Assembly (NCBI GenBank): GCA_964650355.1
Contig: CAZYTL010000002.1
Coordinates: forward strand, 109,465 to 173,464
Reading direction: 5' to 3'
DNA: 64,000 bases
Origin: an uncultured Gammaproteobacteria bacterium
Lineage (GTDB): Bacteria > Patescibacteriota > Microgenomatia > CAYXHB01 > CAZYTL01
Made by a program: the position numbers and the translations under genes. A model generated the notes under the pieces. It saw only the letters and a list, made by a program, of their open reading frames with translations. It made no database searches and had not been told where the DNA came from. Position 1 is the stretch's first letter; every line of letters begins with the position of its first letter. Positions 29,322 to 38,194 of the stretch are shown one piece after another.

Positions 29322-31510
29322 TTAGGAAACATTCCCAAGGCTGATTTGGCCTGTTGATTATTAGGGTCTAATAATAAGACGTTTAAAAACTCTTGACGCG
29401 CGAATTCGCTTTCACCCATTTGTAAATAAATACCGGCTAGTTGCAAGCGGGCTGGCACGCTGTGAGGATTGCCTGTGACAGCGCCCCAGGTGAGCAAGTG
29501 GGCCAGATCCAGACGGTTATTGGAGGCTTGTTGATTGGCTCCATCGAGCAAAGCCTGGGTGTCGGGAATGACGGCTCCGGGTTTAAACCGAATGTCAGGA
29601 TTGGAAAATTCTATGTCTTTCCGAATGGCGTCTACGTTTTCTAGTCCAGGCATTTGGTAAAACAGATTTGAGGCCAGGTTAAGTTCCTGACGAGCAAAAT
29701 CGCGATAACCGGCTTTGACATAAATAACGCTGTTAAACACCTGCTGTCTGGCAGCATTGGCTTTCATCCACACCTGCATCTGGCTGATGGTAGGCGGGTT
29801 AACTGCTAACAATTGTTGGCCTAAGGTTTGGTCTACCCGCGAGAGTTGATCAGGCATGGTTTTAACCAGTCGGCCATAATTGCCATGAGGCACGTAAAAC
29901 AAAAATCCGTTATTAATCCCCAATAAATCATAATAAGTACTGGTCAGGTCCACCACGTAAACTGGGCGCTGATCTATGTTCCAGGTGAGATAATCATAAA
30001 TCAAATAGGGATTGGCTGGATAGGCAAACTTGTGCAGATCTGGTTTTTGATCCAGTTTGTCTTTAACTAAGGGGTAAGCCGTGGGCAGGATAATGACATC
30101 CGGTCGGGTTCTCAGGATGGTTTGCTGGTATAACAAAGCAAAACAGGTGGTGTCGGAAAAACAAGCCAGTAGGCTGTTGGGTTCGACTTGGTTTAATATT
30201 TGGCCATAAAAGTCAGTAGTGATGGCAGCGGTTTGATAATTGATTTGGGAATTGACGGTTTTGATTCGCCAGGCCACGACTGCTAATAAGAGCAAAATTA
30301 AAATCGGGCCCGAGGTTTTCTGTTTGTTGGCCAGCACAGCCAAACCCCGCATTAAACGATGGGCCACCAGTAATAAACCCGGAGCCAAAAGCAAAGGCAG
30401 CCACATAAAGCCCAATAAGTATTGCCGGCTGTTATTGGCTTGCTGCCCGATATGCTGAGGCCAGCCCATCATGCCTACCAAGGCAACTCCTGTGCTTAAA
30501 TAGCCGATCAGGATGAGGACAAACAGTTTTTTATGATGGGCATAGACAGTCAGTAAACCAACCACGACAACTAAGACTACCAGCCAGCCAAAGTATTGGG
30601 TGATTAAGTGAAAGTAAGGAGGCAAGGCGGCCTGTAATTTGGCCCAGTTTAATTGAGCAAAGTAAGCATGGGTTTGTTCTCCGGTTTCCACCAAAGTGCC
30701 GGAAAATTCCTGACGGAAGATCATCCTCATTAAGCCGTTGACGCCGGGATCTATGTGCCAGGAAACCGGCGCTCCCCGGGAGGCAAACCACCAGAGGAGC
30801 AAAAAGGGGACCAAAAATCCGACCAGACCTGTAAACATCATTCTGATCAGGACATGAATGTTGAGTTGTTGTTTGTTCCAGAGCATGAGCAACAAGACCG
30901 CGGGCAGCATGAGCACCACGGTTTGGTGGTGAGATAAAGCCAGACCAAAGAGAAAGGAGAGCCGGATCCACCATTTAGCAGTGATGATTTCTGGCTGGAG
31001 TAAACCTAGAACCAGCAGGTAGATGATGACGGACACGAACAGGTTGTTCAAAGCAAAGACTTCGGTAATGGTGCTGTATTGCCAAAACAAGAAGGAGGCT
31101 CCTAAAAAGCTGGTACTGACAAAGGCGATTAGCAATTTTCCTCCGGGTGTGGACCAAAAAGATTTTTTAACCACTTTCCTGGTCCAGTAATCAACAATTT
31201 GCCAACAGGTGGCAAAAACAAAAGCCAGACTCAGGCTACCCAAAAAGGCGCTGAGTAAATGGCCTTTAGTGGCCACTGACAGTCCCAGAGGCAAGTGAGT
31301 AAACAAGAAAAGTAATAAAATGTACAAGGGATATCCTGGAGGGTGGGCTACTCCTAAGTGATAACCAACGGTTAGTAATTCGTCTGAATCAGCAAACCCG
31401 ATGTTGGTGGCGGGTAGGGTTCTGAGGTAGAAAAACAAGTAGAAGATGGCTACTGCGATCATGCCGTAGGCCAAAGGAGACTCAAATATCCGACTAGACC
31501 GGCCTTTCAT
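29318..31510 (-). CDS. DUF2723/TMEM260-like protein plus TPR (paralog 1 of 5)
   Basis: FADSDELL...VAHPPGYPLY, FWQYSTITEVFALN, SHHQT; ATGA overlap with the next gene. Confidence 0.85.
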   Translation of the reverse strand: MKGRSSRIFESPLAYGMIAVAIFYLFFYLRTLPATNIGFADSDELLTVGYHLGVAHPPGYPLYILLLFLFTHLPLGLSVATKGHLLSAFLGSLSLAFVFATCWQIVDYWTRKVVKKSFWSTPGGKLLIAFVSTSFLGASFLFWQYSTITEVFALNNLFVSVIIYLLVLGLLQPEIITAKWWIRLSFLFGLALSHHQTVVLMLPAVLLLMLWNKQQLNIHVLIRMMFTGLVGFLVPFLLLWWFASRGAPVSWHIDPGVNGLMRMIFRQEFSGTLVETGEQTHAYFAQLNWAKLQAALPPYFHLITQYFGWLVVLVVVVGLLTVYAHHKKLFVLILIGYLSTGVALVGMMGWPQHIGQQANNSRQYLLGFMWLPLLLAPGLLLVAHRLMRGLAVLANKQKTSGPILILLLLAVVAWRIKTVNSQINYQTAAITTDFYGQILNQVEPNSLLACFSDTTCFALLYQQTILRTRPDVIILPTAYPLVKDKLDQKPDLHKFAYPANPYLIYDYLTWNIDQRPVYVVDLTSTYYDLLGINNGFLFYVPHGNYGRLVKTMPDQLSRVDQTLGQQLLAVNPPTISQMQVWMKANAARQQVFNSVIYVKAGYRDFARQELNLASNLFYQMPGLENVDAIRKDIEFSNPDIRFKPGAVIPDTQALLDGANQQASNNRLDLAHLLTWGAVTGNPHSVPARLQLAGIYLQMGESEFARQEFLNVLLLDPNNQQAKSALGMFPK

Positions 31511-31615
31511 TACTTTTCAGTATATACCAATTATTGAAATTCAGGAATAATCAACCTTAATGTAGCATCAGTGTCACTGGAAGTTAGACATGGTGGCTTA
31601 GGTTATAATTAATTT

Positions 31616-32164
31616 ATGAATGGCGACTACAAAGTACTTAAGGAGGAAGTTACTACTTCCCCGAATAATCATAAATACAAACTGGTGGATGCGGTCATTC
31701 GTACACCTGCGGGTAAGGAAGTAGATTGGGAGTATATTAAGGCCCGAGATGGGGTAACGATTGTGGCGATTAACAGTAAAAATCAGATTTTTGTAGTTCG
31801 TCAATGGCGCCCGGCGAGAAAAGATTATGTTTGGGAGCTGCCCGCAGGAGGGATCGAAATAGAACACCCGACCTTAGAGCGGGTTTTTCAAAATGCCAAC
31901 CGAGAGCTTCAGGAAGAAATAAGCTTTAAGGCTAACAAAATAGAATTGTTGTCATCTTTCTCCCCTGCCATTCATATGGCCTGCACTTATTATGTGGTGC
32001 TAGCCAGAGACTTAGAGGCAAGTCCCCTGCCCAATGGGGCAGATGAGAAAATAGAAACCAAAGCGATGCCTTTTGATGAAGCGTTTGATCTGTTAGTCAA
32101 TCGAGAATTGCCTTCGGCTTCAACATTGGTAGGGATGATATTGGCGAAGCAACGCCTTGGGTGA
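31616..32164 (+). CDS. NUDIX hydrolase (ADP-ribose pyrophosphatase-like)
   Basis: VRQWRP...WELPAGG.E...ANRELQEE; Nudix box with a small insertion. Confidence 0.9.
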   Translation: MNGDYKVLKEEVTTSPNNHKYKLVDAVIRTPAGKEVDWEYIKARDGVTIVAINSKNQIFVVRQWRPARKDYVWELPAGGIEIEHPTLERVFQNANRELQEEISFKANKIELLSSFSPAIHMACTYYVVLARDLEASPLPNGADEKIETKAMPFDEAFDLLVNRELPSASTLVGMILAKQRLG

Positions 32165-32194
32165 ATTACAGCAGGAGTTTCTAGTGGAGGTGAA

Positions 32195-32224
32195 TTGACG
32201 GGAGGGTTAAATTTCTCTTATGAT
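32195..32224 (+). promoter_or_regulatory. Sigma70-type promoter upstream of 32386
   Basis: TTGACG-18 bp-TATGAT. Confidence 0.55.
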
Positions 32225-32256
32225 GAAAAGGTAATGATTTTTTGATGAATGGTGAT

Positions 32257-32331
32257 GTGTGAAAGTCCACCTAATCTTCCTTCAAGCCTTAGTAGGGGCG
32301 GCGTGAAGAGCGATTATGGCGGACCTCATAC
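32257..32331 (+). other. Long imperfect hairpin in the 5' leader (possible structured RNA)
   Basis: Nested pairings GTGTGA/TCATAC, GTCC/GGAC, TAATC/GATTA, CTTCA/TGAAG, CCTT/AGGG. Confidence 0.4.
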
Positions 32332-32385
32332 TATTTAATAGTTTAATCGCAAGTATAAAAAGGAATTCGGAAGGGAGGTGAGAGC

Positions 32386-32925
32386 ATGGCAAAGAAAAAT
32401 CAAGGCATGAATCATGTGCATGTAGGGATGTTGGTCTTAGTCGGGGTGCTGTTGGGAGTATTTCTCACCTTAGGAGCCGCGAGCTGGGGAGAATCACAAA
32501 CCTTGCGAGCCAAGTCCGGCTTTGACGAGTTTGGCTACAACTATAATGCAAAACTCTTTAATGGTCCGGCAGACGGAGTAGACAGAAATTTGGATGACAA
32601 GGTGTGGGGAGACCCTGTTTATGCCAAAGACCATTTGACCATGAAGTGGTCGCCGGCATGGAATGACGCCCGATTCGGGCAAGAAGCCTGGAATTGTGAT
32701 GCCTGGACAGACAATCACTGGAACGGAAAAGTTCCTGGGGGCAGTGGTGAAATCTGGCATTATAAGATTGTGTGGGTGGGCCCGGAGTTACAGCAAAGTT
32801 CTTGTTGGCGAGCAGGCGGTTATCCGATCTGGGGGCAATTCGAAGTAATTTTCTCCCAAGGGACAGTGGCTAACCAGCATTTCTGGGAAACTCATGCTTA
32901 TCCGGCTGGATACGGTGGATTCTAA
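32386..32925 (+). CDS. Secreted or membrane-anchored Trp/Gly-rich hypothetical protein
   Basis: Strong SD GGAGGTGA, N-terminal hydrophobic segment, GFDEFGYNY motif, many Trp. Confidence 0.8.
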   Translation: MAKKNQGMNHVHVGMLVLVGVLLGVFLTLGAASWGESQTLRAKSGFDEFGYNYNAKLFNGPADGVDRNLDDKVWGDPVYAKDHLTMKWSPAWNDARFGQEAWNCDAWTDNHWNGKVPGGSGEIWHYKIVWVGPELQQSSCWRAGGYPIWGQFEVIFSQGTVANQHFWETHAYPAGYGGF

Positions 32926-32986
32926 AATGAGAGTTTAGTTGAAAGTTGGATTAATAAAGGCCAAAGAAGCCAGAGGAGGGTTTGTA

Positions 32987-34024
32987 TTAGAAGCGGGGAG
33001 AAAGACCTTGTCGCTCGCGAGCTTGGTTGATACTGTCTTCGGCCATTTGGTTGGCAAAAATGTAAGGAAGCATACCCAGTGCCTCTGCTTGAGTGAGAAC
33101 GTAACGTGTAGTATCCTTTATTCCTTTAACTCTAACTAGTAACTTGTCATGATTTTTTTCGGCTACACTCATTAATCCACCGGCGTTGGCTATGTAATCA
33201 GGAGCGTAGAGTATACCACGGTTTGCTAATCTCTCGCCGTCAGCTGGTTTTGCCAATTGATTGTTGGCTGAGCCAATAACCATAAGACAGTCTAGCTCTG
33301 GAATAGTCTCTTCATTCAAGTCAGCACCTAGGGCACAAGGAGCATAAATATCACAGGGAAGACGATGAATTACTTGGTGGGAAGCCACTTTAACTTGAGG
33401 ATACTGGCTAGTAACTCTTTCAATTGCCTGCTGATTGATATCGGCAACAGTGACTCGAGCTCCTGCTCCGACCAGATGTCCAACCAAGGAAAAACCCACC
33501 TTACCTACTCCTTTGACATTGACTCTGCGTCCGTTTAAATCATCATCTCCTTCCCGGTATTCAAGGCCTCCCAACATAGCAGCTAGGACTCCTAAGGCAG
33601 TATAGGGGGAAGGATCTTCAAAACCTCTCACGTGATTAGTATATTTGTGAATTTCTTCCATATCTCTCACGTCAGTGTTTACATCTTCCGCAGTAATATA
33701 TCTTCCATTAAGGGATTCCAAAAGCTGGCCGAAGGTTCTGTAAAATTCAGGTGACTTATCTTTTCTAGGATCGCCGATAATGACTGCTTTGCCGCCCCCT
33801 AAGTCAAGGCCGGCAGCGGCTGCTTTATATGTCATGCCACGAGAAAGGCGCAAAGCGTCTATAAGGGCTTCTCGTTCTTCACCGTATGGCAACATGCGGG
33901 CCCCACCTAAAGAAGGACCAAGGTCTGTGGAGTGAATTGCAATAATAATTCTAGGATGACTTTCATGGTAAACTACCTGTTCGTGATCTGCTCCGTATCG
34001 TGCTAGTTCTTTCCCAAGGTCCAT
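32987..34024 (-). CDS. Glu/Leu/Phe/Val dehydrogenase (leucine dehydrogenase-like)
   Basis: IAIHST.LGPSLGG.R, LSRGMTYK, GGGKAVI, YITAEDV, GVGKVG, PCALG, GSANNQL, PDYIANAGG. Confidence 0.93.
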   Translation of the reverse strand: MDLGKELARYGADHEQVVYHESHPRIIIAIHSTDLGPSLGGARMLPYGEEREALIDALRLSRGMTYKAAAAGLDLGGGKAVIIGDPRKDKSPEFYRTFGQLLESLNGRYITAEDVNTDVRDMEEIHKYTNHVRGFEDPSPYTALGVLAAMLGGLEYREGDDDLNGRRVNVKGVGKVGFSLVGHLVGAGARVTVADINQQAIERVTSQYPQVKVASHQVIHRLPCDIYAPCALGADLNEETIPELDCLMVIGSANNQLAKPADGERLANRGILYAPDYIANAGGLMSVAEKNHDKLLVRVKGIKDTTRYVLTQAEALGMLPYIFANQMAEDSINQARERQGLSPRF

Positions 34025-34342
34025 TGAAGGATGTTAAAAAGCTTATAATGTCTGACAAGGAATAAAAGACAACTATAATATAGCACTGATAATCTTGAGT
34101 TACAAGACCATATTTAGGGATAATCGCAAATGTTTCAAGAACAATTGATTATGTTGAGGGTTAGTTTTGTTAACTAAACTGAGGCGTCTGGAAAGCTAAG
34201 AAGCGAAACTTCAGAATGTTCGTGTAGGCGTCTTTAGAGGATTAAATTGATCTTTGTCTAAACTGTTTTGGAGTTTAAAAGGAGAGGAAATCAGTGGAGA
34301 CCGTTAAATAGTTTTTTATGAAAAGTAGATCTTTTATAAGCA

Positions 34343-34597
34343 CTAGTGGTTATTTTTTGACTTGTGCCATTTTTTTCTGTTAACCCAGCCGGCAAGGAGA
34401 AAAACTAAACCCAGAGGTAAAAGTCCCCACTCGTGATAGCGCAGTTGTTCAAACAGGCCAATTGCGGTAAATGCCACGCCTAAATAGAAGATGCTCTTGT
34501 AAGGCGATTCTTTTAGTTTGCCTTTTTTCCAGACAGCAACAATTAAGAACACCCCAAGAAGGGCAATTACTAACCATAACATGGCCGCTTTATTCAT
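34343..34597 (-). CDS. Small three-TM membrane protein
   Basis: 84 aa with three hydrophobic segments and a basic tail. Confidence 0.7.
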   Translation of the reverse strand: MNKAAMLWLVIALLGVFLIVAVWKKGKLKESPYKSIFYLGVAFTAIGLFEQLRYHEWGLLPLGLVFLLAGWVNRKKWHKSKNNH

Positions 34598-34720
34598 AAA
34601 TGTTTCTAAGATATATCCTCCTGGCTGTGTCTATTATAGAGTATCTTGATTTAGGTGTATTGAACTATTAATGAATGATAAATTTGGGGTTAGTTTCTGA
34701 TCTCAAAAAAGATTGTTACA

Positions 34721-35440
34721 CTAGCCCTGATAATTAGGCTTAGAGAAGACTCCTTCGAAGGTGTTAATGACAAATCCTGATGGTGAAGTGACTGGGATGG
34801 TCCGATGATCAGTCAAGGCTAGCTGCCTAAAAACCCGCTTTAATTCGTTTATGGTGTAATGTTTAGCCACTCTGCTTACTAGATTTTCCTGAATGGCTTT
34901 TTGAAGATCTTTTTTAGTGGTGACTTTTTCTGCCAAGTGGGGGTCAAAAAATACGTAGACGCAATGTTGGTCTTTAACAAAGTGGGAGGCTAATCGGTAT
35001 CTTTGGCGATAGGAGGGTGACACCAAAGGCTCCAGTACCCAGACTTTGCCGCCCGGTTTTAAGATTCTAAAGACTTCATCGCCCAATTTTTTCCACTTTG
35101 TCTTGTGAATGTTAGTGAGGATAAATCTGAAGATCAGGAGATCAAAATAGTCGTCTGCAAAGCTGGTGGCGGCGGTGATGTCCTGGACAGAATAAGTGAC
35201 CCGGGATGATCTTATCTGATTGGCGTTGATGATATTGGTGGCGATGTCGATGCCGTAAACCTGAAAACCCTTGCGTGCTAAATCTTCCGCCAATACCCCA
35301 TCACCTGTACCTACGTCTAGAATGGGGTCGTTAATTTGATCAAGTAAATCACGAGGCGGTTTTTGGGGGACGGAAGGAATTTTTCCAGGTTGATATCGCT
35401 GCCAATAGGTTCTGTTTTGCTGATTCAGGTCCCTATTCAT
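34721..35440 (-). CDS. Class I SAM-dependent methyltransferase
   Basis: ILDVGTGDG, VYGID, FDL, RILKPGG. Confidence 0.9.
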   Translation of the reverse strand: MNRDLNQQNRTYWQRYQPGKIPSVPQKPPRDLLDQINDPILDVGTGDGVLAEDLARKGFQVYGIDIATNIINANQIRSSRVTYSVQDITAATSFADDYFDLLIFRFILTNIHKTKWKKLGDEVFRILKPGGKVWVLEPLVSPSYRQRYRLASHFVKDQHCVYVFFDPHLAEKVTTKKDLQKAIQENLVSRVAKHYTINELKRVFRQLALTDHRTIPVTSPSGFVINTFEGVFSKPNYQG

Positions 35441-35513
35441 AAGAGGATTTTAACACCGCCCCTTTAAAAATTAAGTATTCGAAGTCGAAAACGAGATTAA
35501 TATCCTTTACTTA

Positions 35514-36020
35514 CTAGGACCGTTTGCTAAATAGTTCATCCCAATTGATACTCTCCACCCAAAGCCTGGCGGGATCTGAGTAGTGCTGTTTATTATCTAC
35601 TAGTGTTTTAGTATCCAGCCATTCAGTTTTGATTACTTCATTTTCATCATATTTGATTTCTTCTCCATTCCATGCCACCACAAAAAACCTAACGAATTCG
35701 GTTTGGTGAGGAAATCGAAAAATATGATAAGATAATTCTTTGTAATTTTGAGGAGTGAACCCTAATTCTTCTCTCGCCCCTCTGAAAACCGCGTCTCTGT
35801 AGCTCTCTTGGGTAAGCACGTGTTCCCCTAAAAAGCAGAGTTTCCCTGGATCGGTTGGCTTATGGAAGGATCTCTGGGTCAAAAAAATTTTCTTTGCCTG
35901 TCGGTCGATTAAGGTGAAGTGAACGGTTCTGTGGATCAGGTTTTTATTGGCATGACATTCGTCTCTGGTGGCCTGACCTACAACATGGTCGTTTTCGTCT
36001 ACTAGATCAAATATTTCCAT
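35514..36020 (-). CDS. NUDIX hydrolase (IPP-isomerase/YfcD-like)
   Basis: DLVDEND..VG...R..CH...LIHR, QRS..K...PG, REELG. Confidence 0.85.
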   Translation of the reverse strand: MEIFDLVDENDHVVGQATRDECHANKNLIHRTVHFTLIDRQAKKIFLTQRSFHKPTDPGKLCFLGEHVLTQESYRDAVFRGAREELGFTPQNYKELSYHIFRFPHQTEFVRFFVVAWNGEEIKYDENEVIKTEWLDTKTLVDNKQHYSDPARLWVESINWDELFSKRS

Positions 36021-36027
36021 CTAACTA

Positions 36028-36486
36028 TTAATTTAATTCTTTAACCATAAAATGTTTCTTTTCTCCTGATATTTTTCCTTGAACCACTTCAGAGAAACCG
36101 TGTTTCTGGTAGTAAGTTACCGATGCCGGCACTGATGATACCCATAGTTCACTTACTCCCTTTTTCCTGACCACATCTTCAAGCTTTCGAATTAGCATTT
36201 GGCCGATATGCTGGCCTCGATATTCTTTTTCAACTGCGAAGAATCCCACCCAATATGCTTCTTCTCCCTGAAACTTATCGCCCATAGCTTTGTTAGCATA
36301 ATTGACGTTGTCTTGGTACCAGCCAATTACTCCAACAATTTTGTCACCATCCATAGCCACATAGTGAGCTTCGATTACCTTCAAATGGTGCTCTATCTCC
36401 TCACGAGTGTCTAATTCGGCTCTTAATACCAGTTCGACAGCTTCTTTAAATTGTGCTTGTGTAAGTGGCTTGATAATGATATTCAT
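36028..36486 (-). CDS. GNAT family N-acetyltransferase
   Basis: FAVEKEYRGQHIGQML acetyl-CoA motif, YYQKHGF. Confidence 0.9.
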   Translation of the reverse strand: MNIIIKPLTQAQFKEAVELVLRAELDTREEIEHHLKVIEAHYVAMDGDKIVGVIGWYQDNVNYANKAMGDKFQGEEAYWVGFFAVEKEYRGQHIGQMLIRKLEDVVRKKGVSELWVSSVPASVTYYQKHGFSEVVQGKISGEKKHFMVKELN

Positions 36487-36624
36487 TTGAGACTATTTTA
36501 CCTGAGGAATATGCATCAATGAAGAATAAATTTGATCCAAAAGCTTTAATGCTGCCCCCGTAGAGTATGAAGGGCTTGTACATTTAGTTACTTAATGATA
36601 GTGTTGGGAAAAGGAGGTGGGTAT

Positions 36625-36903
36625 ATGACCAGATTTTTGATTGAAGTTCCGCACGAAAGCAATAAAAGTGCCTGTGATCAGGCAGTAGAAGTGTTTAAGA
36701 ATACTGGATCACATTTTCTCATCAATGCAGATTGGGGATGCTTGGATGATGAACATAAGGCATGGATAGTGATCGAGATGGATAGTAAGGAAGACGCGCT
36801 GATGGTAGTTCCGCCGCAATTCAGACAGCAAGCCAAGGTGATCAGATTGGAAAAATTTGCTTTGGAAACAGTGGAAGAGTCTTTGAAACAACATCATGGT
36901 TAG
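36625..36903 (+). CDS. Small hypothetical protein
   Basis: SD GGAGGTGG precedes the ATG at 36625 (MTRFLIEVPH); has a WGC...EH.AW pattern. Confidence 0.7.
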   Translation: MTRFLIEVPHESNKSACDQAVEVFKNTGSHFLINADWGCLDDEHKAWIVIEMDSKEDALMVVPPQFRQQAKVIRLEKFALETVEESLKQHHG

Positions 36904-37171
36904 TGGAGAACGAACGAATAAGGGATGGCACTGAGTTGAATGGTTCGGATTAGAAAATGTGGCTGAATATTGGGTTTATTAGCTGGACTTCAGTAAGCTG
37001 GGTTACTCAACATTGTTTGACGAATGTGCTAAAATTAGAACTCGATTTGACCCCCTGGTTTAACTTATTGAGTATATGGATACAAGTGGCTAAATATAGG
37101 GGTGATCTTTACGTTAGACGGCGAGCAAAATATCACTTAGTAATGCTGAAACAGCACCCCTCAAATTCACT

Positions 37172-38191
37172 ATGACTATTTCAGTGCTTATCCCCTGCTA
37201 TAACGAAGAGTTATCTATAGCCAAAAGTTTAGATAACTGGCTGGCTCAAACTCGGCCTTTAGACGAGATTCTGGTTGTGGATGATAAATCCACTGATAGA
37301 AGCGCTGAAATTATCAAATCCTACGGGAATAAAGTAAAACTTATCACCTTGGATAAGAATGCCGGAAACAAAAGCTTTGTCCAGCAGGCGGGGTTAAAAC
37401 ATATCAATACGGATATCTTTATAGCTACTGATGCTGACACCTTTCCGGATAGGAATTTTGTTTCCCGAGTGGAGTCGGCTTTTAATGACCCGCAGGTAAC
37501 TGCCTTTGCCGGACATGTAAAGAGTCTCAAAAAAAATTGGCTGACCGCTTGTAGGGAAATGGAATATAGTCTTGGCCAAGGTATTCACAAATCTGCTCAG
37601 AGCCAACTGGGATTTATTTATGTGATTCCTGGATGTGCCAGCGCCTTCCGCACCGACTATTTCAAAAAATATATTCACTTTGACCACGATACGGTCACTG
37701 AAGATCTGGATTTTACCTACAAGTTAAATTACAGCCATAAAAAGGTGGTCTATGATTCTCAAGCGATCGTCTATACTCAAGATCCGGCTACCATCAAAGT
37801 CTACGTCAACCAAATGCGTCGCTGGTATGGCGGAGGGTGGCAAAATCTAGTCAAACATATTAGGGTCCTCAAACATCCAATCGCTACCATTGAAATTTCT
37901 CTCATGTTCTTTGATGCCCCATTTTATTTCTTTTTCCTGTATATTCTCCCCTTTATCAATTTGCATATTTTTTCCCAATTTATTGGTCTGTATCTGATAT
38001 CAATTACTTTAATGGGTCTGATTAGCAGTCTGATAAGTCACCGGCTGGATTTACTGCTCTACTCGCCTACTTATTTACTGGTTTCCTATATCAATAGTTA
38101 TATATTTATCGAACAATTTGTAAAAGAGATAGTGATCCGGAAAAAGCAACTCACTTGGTATCACCCCGAGCGTTGGCAAATCTCAAAATAA
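37172..38191 (+). CDS. Processive GT2 glycosyltransferase (PgaC/IcaA/chitin-synthase-like)
   Basis: IPCYNEE, VDD.STD, DAD, TEDLD, QMRRW and C-terminal TM helices. Confidence 0.92.
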   Translation: MTISVLIPCYNEELSIAKSLDNWLAQTRPLDEILVVDDKSTDRSAEIIKSYGNKVKLITLDKNAGNKSFVQQAGLKHINTDIFIATDADTFPDRNFVSRVESAFNDPQVTAFAGHVKSLKKNWLTACREMEYSLGQGIHKSAQSQLGFIYVIPGCASAFRTDYFKKYIHFDHDTVTEDLDFTYKLNYSHKKVVYDSQAIVYTQDPATIKVYVNQMRRWYGGGWQNLVKHIRVLKHPIATIEISLMFFDAPFYFFFLYILPFINLHIFSQFIGLYLISITLMGLISSLISHRLDLLLYSPTYLLVSYINSYIFIEQFVKEIVIRKKQLTWYHPERWQISK

Positions 38192-38194
38192 CCT

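Noticed and set aside
32251-32331. Fluoride or other known riboswitch, SRP RNA or 6S RNA
   Set aside because: GGTGATG...CACC looks superficially like a fluoride riboswitch start, but the downstream conserved elements are missing. No SRP GGAA loop motif is present and it is too short for 6S.
36957-37175. 72-aa ORF upstream of the GT2 gene
   Set aside because: No SD, motif or convincing composition; more likely promoter-containing intergenic DNA.
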